The position numbers and the translations under genes were made by a program. Shown one piece after another: positions 51,020 through 63,142 of a stretch of DNA of 64,000 bases. Position 1 is the stretch's first letter; each line of letters opens with the position of its first letter. Where the stretch lies: contig CM060732.1 of assembly GCA_030704615.1 (NCBI GenBank), positions 66,650,001 through 66,714,000 of the forward strand, written 5' to 3'. The notes under the pieces were generated by a model. That model saw nothing but the letters and a program-made list of their open reading frames with translations. It was not told where the DNA came from and made no database searches. The stretch comes from Takakia lepidozioides. Lineage: Eukaryota > Plantae > Bryophyta.

Positions 51020-51937
51020 CTATTGTGGGCAGGCTGACTCAAACTCCTTTTGTTGCTTACGGCAAAGATCAAATTCATTTGTATAGTAGTCCATGCACTT
51101 GCTGTAGGACTCAAACGCCTTTGGACATTTAATATTCAGCTCCTTAAGCCTGCAGCCCAATAACAAACGGCTCAGAGTGTCTGTAACTGATATCTCTCTC
51201 CCATACAGTGCCCACAGTGACTGAAACAGCAATTATGGCACTTCAAATTAAGGGAGGGGGCTACATTAGCACAGCTGGGATTGACAATCTGCTTTATACT
51301 AGTATGAGACTTTCAGCAGTACATCAGAATTTAATCAGACCTACAAAACGGAAAATTTCCGCAGCGGGTCAAACAACTTCGGCAGGTTTCGCATCCACTG
51401 GAGATCCTTCCCTTGAGGTACTTGCGTACAATTCAAAAGGTATACATCATTTCCTACTTGCACTGTGCGACTGGTAGTTGGATTACAGATCTACACTTTG
51501 ACTGACGGTGCGACCACAGCCACATCTATCAGCGAGAGAAGCATGGCTGACAACAATCTTATCATGAGGGCAATGCCAGCCCTTACACTCTTACAGGACT
51601 TAAACTATAGAACTTCCAGCTGATTAAACAGAAGCCTCTCGAACCAAGTGCCAAAGGCGAGGGAGACCCCAAAGAACAGAAATGAGGTGAAAACATGCGG
51701 AAAATCCCAGACACAGAGCTAGGGTTTGGGGCAGAGTACACACAAAGAGATGACACAGCGGGATACACGCTCGCCCTGCTCCAGACACTTCTCGGGGTTA
51801 GGATCATTGCGCTTGCAATCCAAAAATGCCCTATTCTGTGGTCCACATGTTACGCCAATGTGCTTGGATGCTGCCGTCAGCACTGCCGATGTCGGGATCG
51901 GTACTTCCTCTCCTGCAGGGACTGTTTCTCCTCCCAT
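51020..51937 (-). CDS. NDUFA8: Complex I accessory subunit NDUFA8 (PGIV; twin CX9C x2), 107 aa
   Basis: Exons 51937-51744 and 51149-51020. Protein PIPTSAVLTAASKHIG..C..N.AFL.CK..DPNPEKCL..G..V..C..C...F..Y..CMDYY..EFDLCRK.Q..FE.ACP. Confidence 0.95.
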
Positions 51938-52034
51938 TTCTTCTCCAGTCCCTCTCTCTCCCTACACCTGCTAAACCCTAGATGAAATCTCTGCTCGCTG
52001 TCAAGATGATGGAATACCAAGCTCTGCAGTTCTT

Positions 52035-52038
<4 letters not shown>

Positions 52039-52077
<39 letters not shown>
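52039..52077. repeat. (CT)n/(GA)n microsatellite in the NDUFA8/STR intergenic region
   Basis: About 19 CT units read directly. Confidence 0.95.
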
Positions 52078-52081
<4 letters not shown>

Positions 52082-52118
52082 TCCTCCCCGCTTCGTTGGT
52101 CCGGTAAAGCTAACCAAG

Positions 52119-52161
52119 CGTAACGTTAACGTACGTTAACGGTAACGTAACGTACGTTAAC
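52119..52161. promoter_or_regulatory. Palindromic TAACGT/GTAC cluster in a putative bidirectional promoter
   Basis: Perfect 16-bp palindrome GTTAACGTACGTTAAC at 52125-52140 and TAACGTACGTTA at 52148-52159, between divergent ATGs 356 bp apart. Confidence 0.45.
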
Positions 52162-52292
52162 CTCTGGTGGCGGAGTGAGAGGGAATATTCTTGACAGTGC
52201 CCTCGTCGTTGAGGCTGAAGTCTGTTGTTCAAGAGGGCGCCTGAATCGTCATCAGGATTTTGGTTTACAAAGGATCAATTGAAGTCCAAGAA

Positions 52293-55200
52293 ATGCAAGG
52301 CCGCGCTTCCACATCGATCATACCTTGGAGAGTAATGTCAGTGATCAAGCTGGCCATGGCTGCCACGGCATCAACAACAACAGTGGTCCGAGCTCCTGTC
52401 AGGGGCACTGCTTTTCTCTTTCGGAATTGCTGCAATATGGAAACGCGCACTCATCGAGCTCCGTACCTCGGATTTGTGAGTATCCAAATAATTTCGTTGT
52501 TCATTGGGACATCTGCATTACAATTTAGTTTCATAATGATCGATTTATATATGGCGAGTGTGATTAGGGTGGTCTTCGCATTGTGGAAACATATGTCATT
52601 CGGTTATGTCGATTGACGTCGTATCAGCTCCAGTGTGGATCGCTTACTAAGTCAGGTCTTGCTTCTGTTTCCCATATTCATCACAGTTAAGTTTTCAGTT
52701 GAATTTATGTTTTACAACAGGTGCTCAATTTGCCTACGTGACTTGTCCGTCGCAATCAATCCCTCCTCCCTCGCATCCAACTAAGTTAATTCAGCACATA
52801 CATTGTTTGCTGCTAAATCATACAGAGGCTAGGGGGGATCCACATATCACTGGCTCTTCCTTGTGGCGTTGAGGAAGCCCACATGCTTCCGCCAAGATTA
52901 TGGATGCCCCACAGCCATACAAAGCCCATTCTTTTTTTTCCGTCAGAAATCTGTAAGCAATGACTAACAAGGCTCCATTTTTTAGCAGAATTTGAAAGAA
53001 ATAGAGTTAATGGCGAGGAACTAGGATAGGCAAGCAGACATAGATGCCCACTGAGTGATTACCAACATATGTGACGTCATAACTTAAGTGTCAGCAAAGG
53101 ATCAGAGGTGTGCTAGTCTTAGTTCTAGTCGTAATGGTTTTTCAAACCAACACAATGTAACATATGGTTTGATAAAGTGCTGACATGTTTCAGGCACGCT
53201 CAACAATAAAGTTAGGAATGCCAGCAGGCATGGTTGCAACCATTGCCATGGTAGCTGGCCCCATGGTACCCTTGTGCTCTCCCACTCGCACTCCAGGCTC
53301 CACTGCCATTTCTTCCCTCGGGCAAGCAGGCCCACTTGCAGATTTTGCATTACGGTTTGCGACAAAGAGAGATGATGGTGAGGGAGAGATTGATCAGACA
53401 CCTGTGGTGCCAGTTGAGTGGCTTCACCAGCAAAACAATAACCCCAATGTGAAGGTTGTCCTCCACTTTATCCTTCCCCTAACCTGCTCGTACTTCTGTC
53501 TGACCTCTCGCAATGTTCCAATTCCATTATCCTGGTTATTTTTGGACTCTATCATGTCTGATTTGGTCATGTCTTGTTGCTCTCTTATCTAGTCAGGGAA
53601 TAATTTGGGTTTGTGGAGGGGCAGGTGGTGGATGCTTCCTGGTATATGCCTGGTGATCAACGTGACCCCCTCAAAGAGTTTCAGGTCACTGCTTTTACCG
53701 TCTCTCTTATTTTTAATAGGGTCCTGGTGTGTGGCCACAAAACTAATGTAGGCATGGTTGGAGGTACTATGCATATCTGGTATTTGCAAGCAGACAGAAG
53801 AGCTTAAGTTTGTGGCTAATGTGTTATATACGGACAGTGTAATACCGCAAAGGCTGTCAGTCTTTCAAACCCACCTGGATGTATCAGGGGTGTGCTCTTT
53901 ACTCCAATTACCTGTGCCCTCAGGGCTTTAGCTCAAGTGAAATGAGAGAGCCATGGTAAAGCAGTATCAACTGTGTACGCAGATGGTCCGCTTTTCATGA
54001 TGATAAGCCTTGGAAGACTATAGATATCAAGACTAATTCAGTACAAAGTAAGACATTGGTATCCTTTTCAAAGGAGATAGTCTTGTGGAATAAGAAGTTC
54101 CATGATGAGAGGGGTGGTTGTAAGCACAAGCAGTCTTAATCCACACTGCTACCAGAGGTTCTTATCTTCCCAACTTCAGTTTGCGACTTCAAGTAGTGGA
54201 GCCAGAAGTGCATTTGGCAACCTCTCCTAAATTATAATTGACACAATTCTGGTTTGTGCAGGATTCCCACATTCCGGGTGCGGTTTTCTTTGATGTGGAT
54301 GGTATTTCAGATGTGTCTTCAGATGTGAGTTATGTCATGTGATGCTAAAACCTTTTTTGCTATGTCTACTGGATGGAGTATTCTGCTTGCTTTATGTAGT
54401 GCTGTGCTGGAGTCACATTTGCACAAACAGCGAGACAGAGTCTGACAGATAGATCACCAGACACACATGAGGAAGGCAGATGTCCTGGTGGAGTTAATTT
54501 GTTAGGGGAAAGAATGTACTCATAAGACGTTTGCCATAGCCTTGTGGCCATTGACCCCGCGCCCAGTTTGAGAGGAACGCAAAGGGGCAGAAACTACCTT
54601 TGTAAGGGGCTGACACTGGTAGTATGACTTACCTTGGAACAGACAATTGATCCGAGTTTTCCAGATATCCTCTAGAAATCCCTTTACACAAGCATCAATC
54701 TGCTGTGTGTGATTTGCCCAATAACTAGGCCCCAAAGGGCCTGGGCTTTTGGCTCAGCCTCGAGATTTTCAAAGTTGGTAAACAGAGGTACAGGCACAGA
54801 TCCCGATGGAATTAACGAGGGCGTCTCTCTGGTGAGAGTACCCAGGACAATGAATCAGAAAATGAATATTGTCTTCAGGTTGCCCACACAACGGGCATTT
54901 GCAATCCCCCTTTCCTATCTTGTTAGGGGAAAGAGAGAGAAAATAAGAAAGAAATGTACTACAGCCACAGAAGGCCCAGAGGGCCTATGGGCCATAGGAC
55001 AACTGAAAAGGACTGAAAGAACATGCTCAAAAAACCCCCGAATTTTCTTAGAGATAAGATTGCCTTCTGTTGAAGTTAGGAATGTACTCATGAGACATTG
55101 TTTGTCATAGCCTTGTGGGCCATAGACCCGTGCCCACTTTGGGCAGAATGCGAGGGAACCTTTGTGAGGGACTCACTCCAGTAGTGGGACTTAACCTTGG

Positions 55201-58200
55201 TATAAACGATTTGTTCAGGCTTTCCAGACTTCCTCTGGAAGGTTAAGAGAGAAATGAAATGAAATGAAATGGTGCTTTATAACGTCCGCGGAAAGCTCAT
55301 AGAGCTTAGAGAGAAAAGAGAACTAAGAAAAAACTAAGACGCTATTAGGTCAATCAGAGGTCTGAAGGACCCATACAATTACAAGAGAAAAAACACTAAA
55401 ATGACCACCAAAACAACCTTTCAGAACTCTGGCAGTCTGCTGAAGATCTCATGAAGTAGAAGGATGAGATGGTCTGAGCACTATTCCTCGAACCTTCTAG
55501 CTAAGATGGGGAAAGAGAGAGGACTAGTGTTTGCCAGTTTCAGAAATCATCTACTCCTTGGTCTCTAGAAGAGTTGTAGATTAAAATATCTATCATTTGA
55601 CACACTTTCTTTTGATGAGAGGTTACAGCTGCCACATATGCTGCCATCCGAGTCTGCATTTGCCGCAGCAGTATCGGCCCTTGGCATCAGGAATGAAAAT
55701 TCGGTCATTGTGTATGATGACAAGGGCATCTTCAGTGCTGCACGAGTGTGGTGGTATGTTGCTCTCTCATATAAGCAGTTGGATACTTTTTACTTCCAAG
55801 TACATTTTAACTTCATTTGACCAGATGCATCACCCTAGTCATTTGGTCGATACAATAATTTTCTCTCTCTAGTTGTCTATTTCCCTGGAGATCTTATAAA
55901 GCTTCTTTCTTGCTTGCTTTCTGAAATGCCTTGCATCTTATCTGCAGGAGGCAGTTCGTGTTTGTGGCATGTTCTAATGGTCCTTGCTTCCACAGTAGTT
56001 CTATTGTTCGTTCAACACTAAATTTCCTGCTTACTGTCCCTTGGGTCCTTGGGACTTTCCATTGATGTAATAAATTTCTTTCTTTCTCTCATTCTTTGAG
56101 TGTTTCACAGAATCTCAATTGCCTGGTATGTATGATCTCCTGGTTGACCATAAAGAGGCTTACTGCAGCTCTGGAAACAAAAGCCAGGTCCGTGGGTTGT
56201 TATTCAATACAAGGTTACATACATGTTTGATAGAATCATAAATAGGTATTTTTTCGATGTCGTACTTTTAGGTTTCTGATACCATGAAGAACTTGTATAT
56301 TACAGGATGTTTAGAGCTTTTGGGCATGAGAAGGTGTGGGTCCTGGATGGAGGCCTGCCACAGTGGCGGGCTTCTGGCTTTCCTCTTGAATCTGATGGGT
56401 CTCAAGTTGCTTTGTCAGAGGCTGCAACAGCAGCTGTCAAGAAGTCTTATGAGGGAGAGCAGGTGGTTCTGTCTTTCCCTTGTAGGTAAATGTGACTGTT
56501 TTTGACATAGGTACATTTCCAGTTGCATTATTCTTCTTGTGGTGCATTGGTTTCACATTTTTGGCAAGGCTCCGTAAGAGCAACACTAGCCGTAAAGCCA
56601 TCAGGTGAGGGCAAATCAACTTTCCAATTCGTAAGATTTCATATAATTCCTTGATTACTCTCTTTTTCTTCATTTTCCTCTCCTCGATGCCTTCATAGTC
56701 TGTCTCGTCTGCAACAAGGTAGAACACTGCAGGACTAGTTCGTAATTTATGGTCATACTTTCTTTTAGGACTTCAAGCACTCAATCAAGACTCACTCCCC
56801 TGCAATAGAATTTCATTGGCTGGCCAGACACTACTTCCCTCTCAGTGACAAACTTTGGTGGGGCAAAACCACACAATTGGCTCAGCGTCCCTAAGCATCA
56901 ATGCCCTCAAGGTTATGTTGTAGCGACGAAGATGGTACAAGGTTGCTTACTGGGATTCTATGTCCATTGGAGTGGCGCTGCAGGTGGCAGCAGGCAGCTT
57001 TAAAGCAACACTGCAACCCCACTTGGTGTGGTCTGCGGATCAGGTGCCCTGCCTTCTACCAATAGAAGTCATAAAGATATCTGAAGTTATATTTTAGTAT
57101 GCTAGGCAACCATGTGAAGAATCCCAAGGCATAACAATTCAACTTGAGGTGAATGTTCCCAGTGGATTTACTGCAGGTAAAAAGCAACATCAAGGAGAAG
57201 AGAGCGCAACAGATTGACGCACGAGGGAAAGCAAGGTAGGGGATGGCTCTGTGATCACCAGCAGTGTTTCTTCCATAACTCTTCCATATATACTAATGTT
57301 CTGGCTAGGCAGGTTATGCCATGAGCTGTCAAGGGGTTCTCATGGGAACCAGCTGGTGGTTTCATGTGGTCCCAGGCTTGTGTTTTCTGATATATTTGCT
57401 TATTGAGAAGTTTGGTTTCTTGGCTTCGGCAGGTTGTAGGTTAGTTTGAGTCGAGAGCGTCCAATAGATAGGCCAGTGGTAAGGCTGCTTCATGGTCCTG
57501 GGTTGAAATCTTCATTTGCCTACGTTGTATGTAGTGCATCATCTGAGGGTTGCTTGTGCTTGGCCAAGTGAGATACCTATGGGCGTTCAAGTTGCTAGGG
57601 GAGGAATTTGGAGTAAATTCAATGGCTAAAGTGCATTGTACTTGGCTATAAAAGTGTTGACCTCCAAAGAAGCAGTAGCGGTAGCGGTTGAAGATAGAAC
57701 TAGGAGATATGTCGGCTTGGCTGGCATAATTCTTCTCCTTGCTGGTCAGAAAATTGGCTGTCTGCCTGCCCTTTGCTGCATAGGGAACATCCTGTTTACA
57801 CTTCCGGTTACTATGGACTCAAGATCTGCCTCCATGCGTGCAGATTTGATGGAATTGCACCAGAACCCCGACAGGGTGTTCGAGGAGGTCATGTTCCTGG
57901 CAGCAAATGTATCCCTTTCACTGAGGTAAACCCTCTGTTCTGCTAGGCTTTCGTGCCTGCTGCTAACAGCAGCTATGTTATAGCAGACACGTTTTTGTAA
58001 TTCAGAAAAGTTTGAAACCTTTGTTGCAAGGTGTTGCCTTTGCTGTGGGAATCAAATCCCCTACTATTGTTCAGTGATTTATGGGTCCAAGTGAGAGTTG
58101 GCACAACTAGCCTAGTGCTTAGTTAAGGTACCATGGCAACAATCAGATGTCCTGAGTCCATTCTGCATGGCCTATGCTGGAGTACCCAGCTCAAGGGTGT

Positions 58201-59325
58201 TCACACTCTGTCACCTACTGACTTAGTCTGTTGATGGTCAACTTTGGGGTGACATTCTTAGCCTCTACACTCTCTGAGTCTCTCTTCTGCTGACAGCATC
58301 TTACATGGCCCGGTTTTGGTAGGTTTTGAGCAGTACGGGTACTCTCTTGGCACCAGAGGAGCTTGCAGCCAAGTTCAGTAATGCAGGTCTCACCCTCTCT
58401 CAAAACTGACCTATCAATCACACATGGAAGTGGTGTCAACTAGTGTCACTAACCTGTTAAACACTTTGAAACGCATTGTTGTGGAAGTCTCTTTTCAACT
58501 TAGTGTATGTGCTAAGTGCTGATGATTTGGATTTGTATGCCTGACAATATTATGTATCATACTAACACAACTCAATCTTTTGAATACAGGCGTGGGTACA
58601 GATGAGCCAATAGTGGCATCCTGCGGGACCGGAGTCACTGCTTGTATACTAGCACTGGTGAGGAAGGCAACTTATGTCTGTCATATTAATCAATGAGCTT
58701 TTCGTTTCCCATTTCAAAGTTCCAGGCTTTAGGATCGCAGCTCCTCATTCTAGGTCAAGTTACTGTGTTGTCCTTTTTTGTTGAGTTATAAGTCACTATC
58801 TTGGTTCGGTGGGCTACCTTAGACCAGGGTGTGGCCAATGTTAGTGAGTTCAATTGCCCTGAGATTTCCAACTAGTGCAACACGTCTTCAACAAAAGTTG
58901 AACCCTATGAATAACAGAGATATCATATGCAGATGGCCGATCACATTGCCCTTCCTGACTTTAACTACCCAAAGATGAGAACCAAGCTAGTGCAACCATG
59001 ACTGAAAACATCTTGGCAACTTTCATCATAAATCCCTCTATCTTGTGAGAATTCTGGAGGAGTTAGCTACGCGGTTTGAATATCCAAGCTGGCAAGTAGT
59101 GATCACACAAGCAAGGGTCTTCACGAGAGTCCAGTTGAGCGTCAAATTGACCATGTCACGTTCTTAGTTTAGCAGCCTCGTCTGGACTGATGCTCACGTT
59201 TGCATTGACTTGCCCAACAGGCTCTGCACCGTCTAGGCAAACAAGATGTAGCCATCTATGATGGTTCCTGGACAGAATGGGGTGCTCTACCTGACAGCCC
59301 GGTTGCCACCAACTTGCCTGCATGA
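52293..59325 (+). CDS. STR1: Two-domain rhodanese, 3-mercaptopyruvate sulfurtransferase (STR1/MST1-like), with transit peptide
   Basis: Exons 52293-52475 (ATG could be 52335 or 52356), 53194-53454, 53625-53684, 54262-54324, 55629-55753, 56306-56462, 56984-57043, 57177-57235, 57844-57925, 58323-58386, 58590-58657 and 59221-59325. Motifs: DASWYMP, HIPGA.FFD.D, LPHMLP, SAARVWWMF, VLDGG, IDAR, active site CGTGVTAC and YDGSWTEW. Confidence 0.95.
54515..54920 (+). mobile_element. Copy of the solo-LTR-like family (STR intron 4)
   Basis: TGTACTCATAAGACGTTTGCCATAGCCTTGTGGCCAT... collinear with about 49004-49425. Confidence 0.75.
55083..55240 (+). mobile_element. 5' fragment of the solo-LTR-like family
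   Basis: TGTACTCATGAGACATTGTTTGTCATAGCCTTGTGGGCCATAGACCC... Confidence 0.7.
55250..55320 (-). mobile_element. Reverse-oriented 3' tail of the (CATTT)n LINE family
   Basis: (GAAAT)4GGTGCTTTATAACGTCCGCGGAAAGCTCATAGAGCTTA is the near-exact reverse complement of 24584-24635. Confidence 0.8.
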
Positions 59326-60774
59326 TCAAATACTGCAGTTGAGAAAGGGACAACTTTCAAAAGGCCAAGGGTCAAAGACAGTTGGAAAGGCAGGCTGCAG
59401 GTGGCCTTGAAGACTTGGTTCTACTTTGAAATGCTCTCCATGTAAAAATATAGAAAACACGAGCTCGTAGAGACATCTTTCTTTCTTCCAATAGTGAGGG
59501 AACCTTGTGCTTCGAATCAACGGTTGATTACTCTCCCCAAAAGTTGGGAAGTTCAGCATATTCTATCAGATATGTAGCACTCTCCCGCGTATGGGTGCAT
59601 TGAGGCAGATTGGTTGGGAGTGGATTTTAATGTGCAAAGGTGAAGTTTGTGCTTCTCTAAATAAGATGATTCTTGCTCAAAGCCTTGATAAGGATTTATG
59701 TTGTTTGATTGAGAGTGGAGTGCGAAGGTGTATTGCTTCTCCATACAAGACAAATCTTGTTTAGGCCAAAGCCTTGATTATGATGTATCATTGTTTGTTA
59801 GTAGAGACCAAATCTAGGAGTATTAGTCCTTTCTCTTTTCTACCTTGTGAAAGGCGAGTGAACCACAAATACATGGTCTTATCATGATACTAGTTTAATG
59901 GTCACAAGCAATGTTAGTGGAAAAAAATTATATACTACTTTATTGGAGCTTTGATTGTCATGAGAAATGTGAGTGCCTCTTAGTTGTGATCTTGAAACCT
60001 CAGCAGTCTTCTTAGCCTTTGCTTCTCCTATCAATTTCACAAGACCCATGTATTCATACTCACAAGATCAGATTGCGGCCAGCAATTGCTGTTGAATTTT
60101 GTTTCATGCTGTGCCAAGATGCTAGAGTTGAAACCTCTTGCATAGTAAGTCTTCTCATCCTCTTCATTCCTAAAGCTCATCAAGAATGCTATCCTCCCTC
60201 TAAGTGATGAGTCTCCCTTAGACAATGAAGGATGCCCTCAACATCTGTTGATAATCTTGAGGTTTCTAAATGCACCTCCTCACTAAGTCGATAGCAAATG
60301 CAATGTTTGAACATGTTTTAATGTGTTCACTATGTCAAGAGTTGGGTCAACTTCAAGAGTGTCAATTTATTGCCTATGATTGAAATTTCCTTTGTGAGCG
60401 AACCCTACCAATTCTAACTTAGACATGTATCTCTCAAAAGAAGCGAGAGCTCTCCAACAGTAGCACACAGTGTAGAAGAAGACTGGTGGATCAAGGAAGG
60501 TGAAGAAACAACCATTGATCTTCATTACTTTACTAATAATGAGCACTCATGTACATAAAATATGCGCTGAATGAAGAAATCACTACACCAACACACAAAG
60601 ACCAAGGTCATCAATTTTGAGCAATAAATGCTTGAAAATGATTACTACATCCATTTCAGTTCTTCCAGCAAAATTTGAGAAAGGATAGGGCTCCAATTTG
60701 AAGATCACATTAGCTTGGTGTACAGAAGATTCCACAATGTCATTGTTTGCCTTTGAATCACATTAGATGTTCAT

Positions 60775-61172
60775 GGGGATGAGCGGTGGTGAGTAGGTAA
60801 GTGGCCCAATTTTTTGAGAATCTAATCAGACCCGTAGGTTCGACGAGGTTTACAGGTCGGCACCACCAATATGGCTTCAGATATAGGTTCGGTTTAAGAT
60901 CGGAAATAGACTCGGGCTTGGTTATCGGTGAACCACACATACATATTATAAGGTGTGGTTCGCTGGAGAACTACATGATGCCGAACCTAAATTCTGATCC
61001 AAACTCCAATCCAAACAAAATACAAAAACAAATGCTCATATGTGTAAATTAATGTGAGCATAAAAAAAAATTGTATCTGAAAATCTTAAATTGTGTTCAC
61101 ATAATATTCATTTTTTATTTTATGCTCACCAAAATTTTGGTCTATTCACCTGCTCACCAACTACTAAAACCT
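60775..61172. mobile_element. ~400-bp MITE-like non-autonomous DNA transposon
   Basis: Flanked by the direct repeat GATGTTCAT (60766-60774 and 61173-61181). Imperfect ~40-bp terminal inverted repeats and internal inverted AGGTTCGG/CCGAACCT motifs. Confidence 0.6.
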
Positions 61173-61764
61173 GATGTTCATTAGAGATGCTAGTCAGTTA
61201 GAGATCTGCTTCTTAAGCTTACAACTTCTGAATTCTCTAAGTCTCATAAGTTCTTTCCTTGTAGATGTGGCAAATATCATGACAAAAAGATTGATACCAT
61301 GGCCTATTAACTAATGTGAAGTTAGCATTTTGATTTGTGCAGATCTTGCAATCCAGCTAACCTAAGAGTGATATGAACATCTTCTTGTAAGGTTCTCGAA
61401 CTTGTTGTCCTAGGCTCTTACTACTCTTGCAAGGAAAGATAAAAGTAAGTGAAGTTTTATCTGGACAAAAGCTTATTCCCACCTATGTAGGCTAGATATT
61501 TCTCGGTGTGCAAAATTGGATATCCGTGTTTGAGCTTGTATAAAACATGATTTACTATCAGAGGTTGATCAGGAGCAATTGTGTCTATCCTAAATTGTTG
61601 CCATAGTAATTATTGCCCTTCAATCACCGTCCGTGAGCTACACAACCAGTATAAGAAGACTAAGCATGGGATAGAGTTGGATTCAAGTATGTTTGATAAG
61701 GTATGTGTATATTGCATGTGTTTCCATGCTGTTTTTTTGAATTGTTCCATAAATGAAATGCGGT

Positions 61765-62380
61765 AAGGGTAGTTCGTACAGGGTAGTACAGAATTTGTAC
61801 TGGGACAAGATGAGGAATTTGAAACAAACGGATGACATTCGGGGATATGTTCAGGCTTTCAATGTGTTGTTGCTCGAAGTCGCGGACATGGCATAACCAA
61901 AAATGGTCTGCAACTTTGTGGCGGGATTGGCCCCATGGGCCAGGCGGAAGTTGGAGGAGAAGCCACCTAAAACTTTGAACGAGGCAATTGAGAGGGCTGA
62001 ATGTTTCTCGGATGTCCCTAGGGGTGAAAGACAAGGCCGTACGGAGCTGAACCACAAGAAGGCTTGGCAGGAGGGTGACTCCTCCTGACCAGAAAAGAAG
62101 TGGGATAGGCCACGCAGCGACAATGGCACGTGGAAATCGAAGGGAGGGCCGTCACACGTCAAGGCGGCACCCGGTGCTCCGAAACGAAAAACAGGTGCGG
62201 CGACTTATGGCGGACAAAAGGCGACCTTTGATGGAGTGTGATTCAATTGCGGGGAGCTCGGGCACTTGGCCAAGAAGTACACGAAACCCCGACAATTGAA
62301 CATGACTCGGGCGACCACAGAGCTGTCGGAAGATTCCATCAGTCGCTTGGTGGAAGCGGTGGTCGCTAGGACTTGCAAGG
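61765..62380 (+). mobile_element. Ty3/gypsy gag remnant
   Basis: 'LKQTDDIRGYVQAFN', 'FVAGLAPWARRKL..PKTLNEAIERAE' and a decayed knuckle 'C(D/F)NCGELGHLAK'; frameshifted. Confidence 0.8.
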
Positions 62381-62384
62381 TAGG

Positions 62385-63075
62385 CCATACAACTTCCCTT
62401 CCCGCAATTTCTGGAACACCCTTTTGATGTGCTCCAGGTGCTCCTCCTTTGTTTTCGAATACACCAAGACGTCGATGTACACGATCACAAAGTCATTCAA
62501 CCACTCCTGGAAAAGGCTGTTCATCAGCGTGCTAAAGGTCGCGGGTAAGCCCAAAAGGCATCACCAAGAACTCACATGAACCATACCTTATCCTACACGT
62601 GGTCTTCTCCTCATCTCCTTCCGCCACTCGAATTTGATGATAGCCGGAGCGCAAATCGATCCGGCTGAAATACTTCGCTCCTGCCAACCGATCGAAGAGG
62701 TCATCGATCTTTGACAAATGGTACCGATTTTTTATAGTCACCTTATTCAGAACCCTGTAATCGACACACATCCGCAGCGTCCCATCCTTCTTGTATGCGA
62801 ATAACATCGGGGCTCCGTAAGGTGAAGAGGAACATCGAACGCCAACCTTGTCGTCAATTGCGGTTCTGCTTTGGCAGAACACATCTCAATAGAGGCCCCC
62901 ACGTCACTTGTCGGGAGCCCAGCTTTCGTGCCGTTGCCGGTTTCATGAAGGAGTGCGACGCTCCTGTGTCCACCAACAACGACACGTTAGTTCCGGATAT
63001 TATTCCATCCACGAACAATAACTGACTCCCTTTACGCAGGGCGCCAGTTTCCTGATACAACTCACATTGGTTTAC
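62385..63075 (-). mobile_element. Ty3/gypsy protease + reverse transcriptase remnant (inverted relative to gag)
   Basis: LVDTGASHSF (aspartic protease), a deletion, then [51 protein letters not shown] and YID-VLVYS (one catalytic Asp lost). Confidence 0.9.
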
Positions 63076-63142
63076 CTACCTGGATGTGCATATGCCCAGA
63101 GATGAATAGTTGCTTTAAGTTTGATATGAATCGAATATATTA

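Noticed and set aside
11195-59325. Functional redox/sulfur gene cluster (glutaredoxin + sulfurtransferase + aminotransferase)
   Set aside because: The genes are separated by unrelated housekeeping genes. A D-amino-acid transaminase could in principle supply 3-mercaptopyruvate, but nothing in the sequence supports co-regulation.
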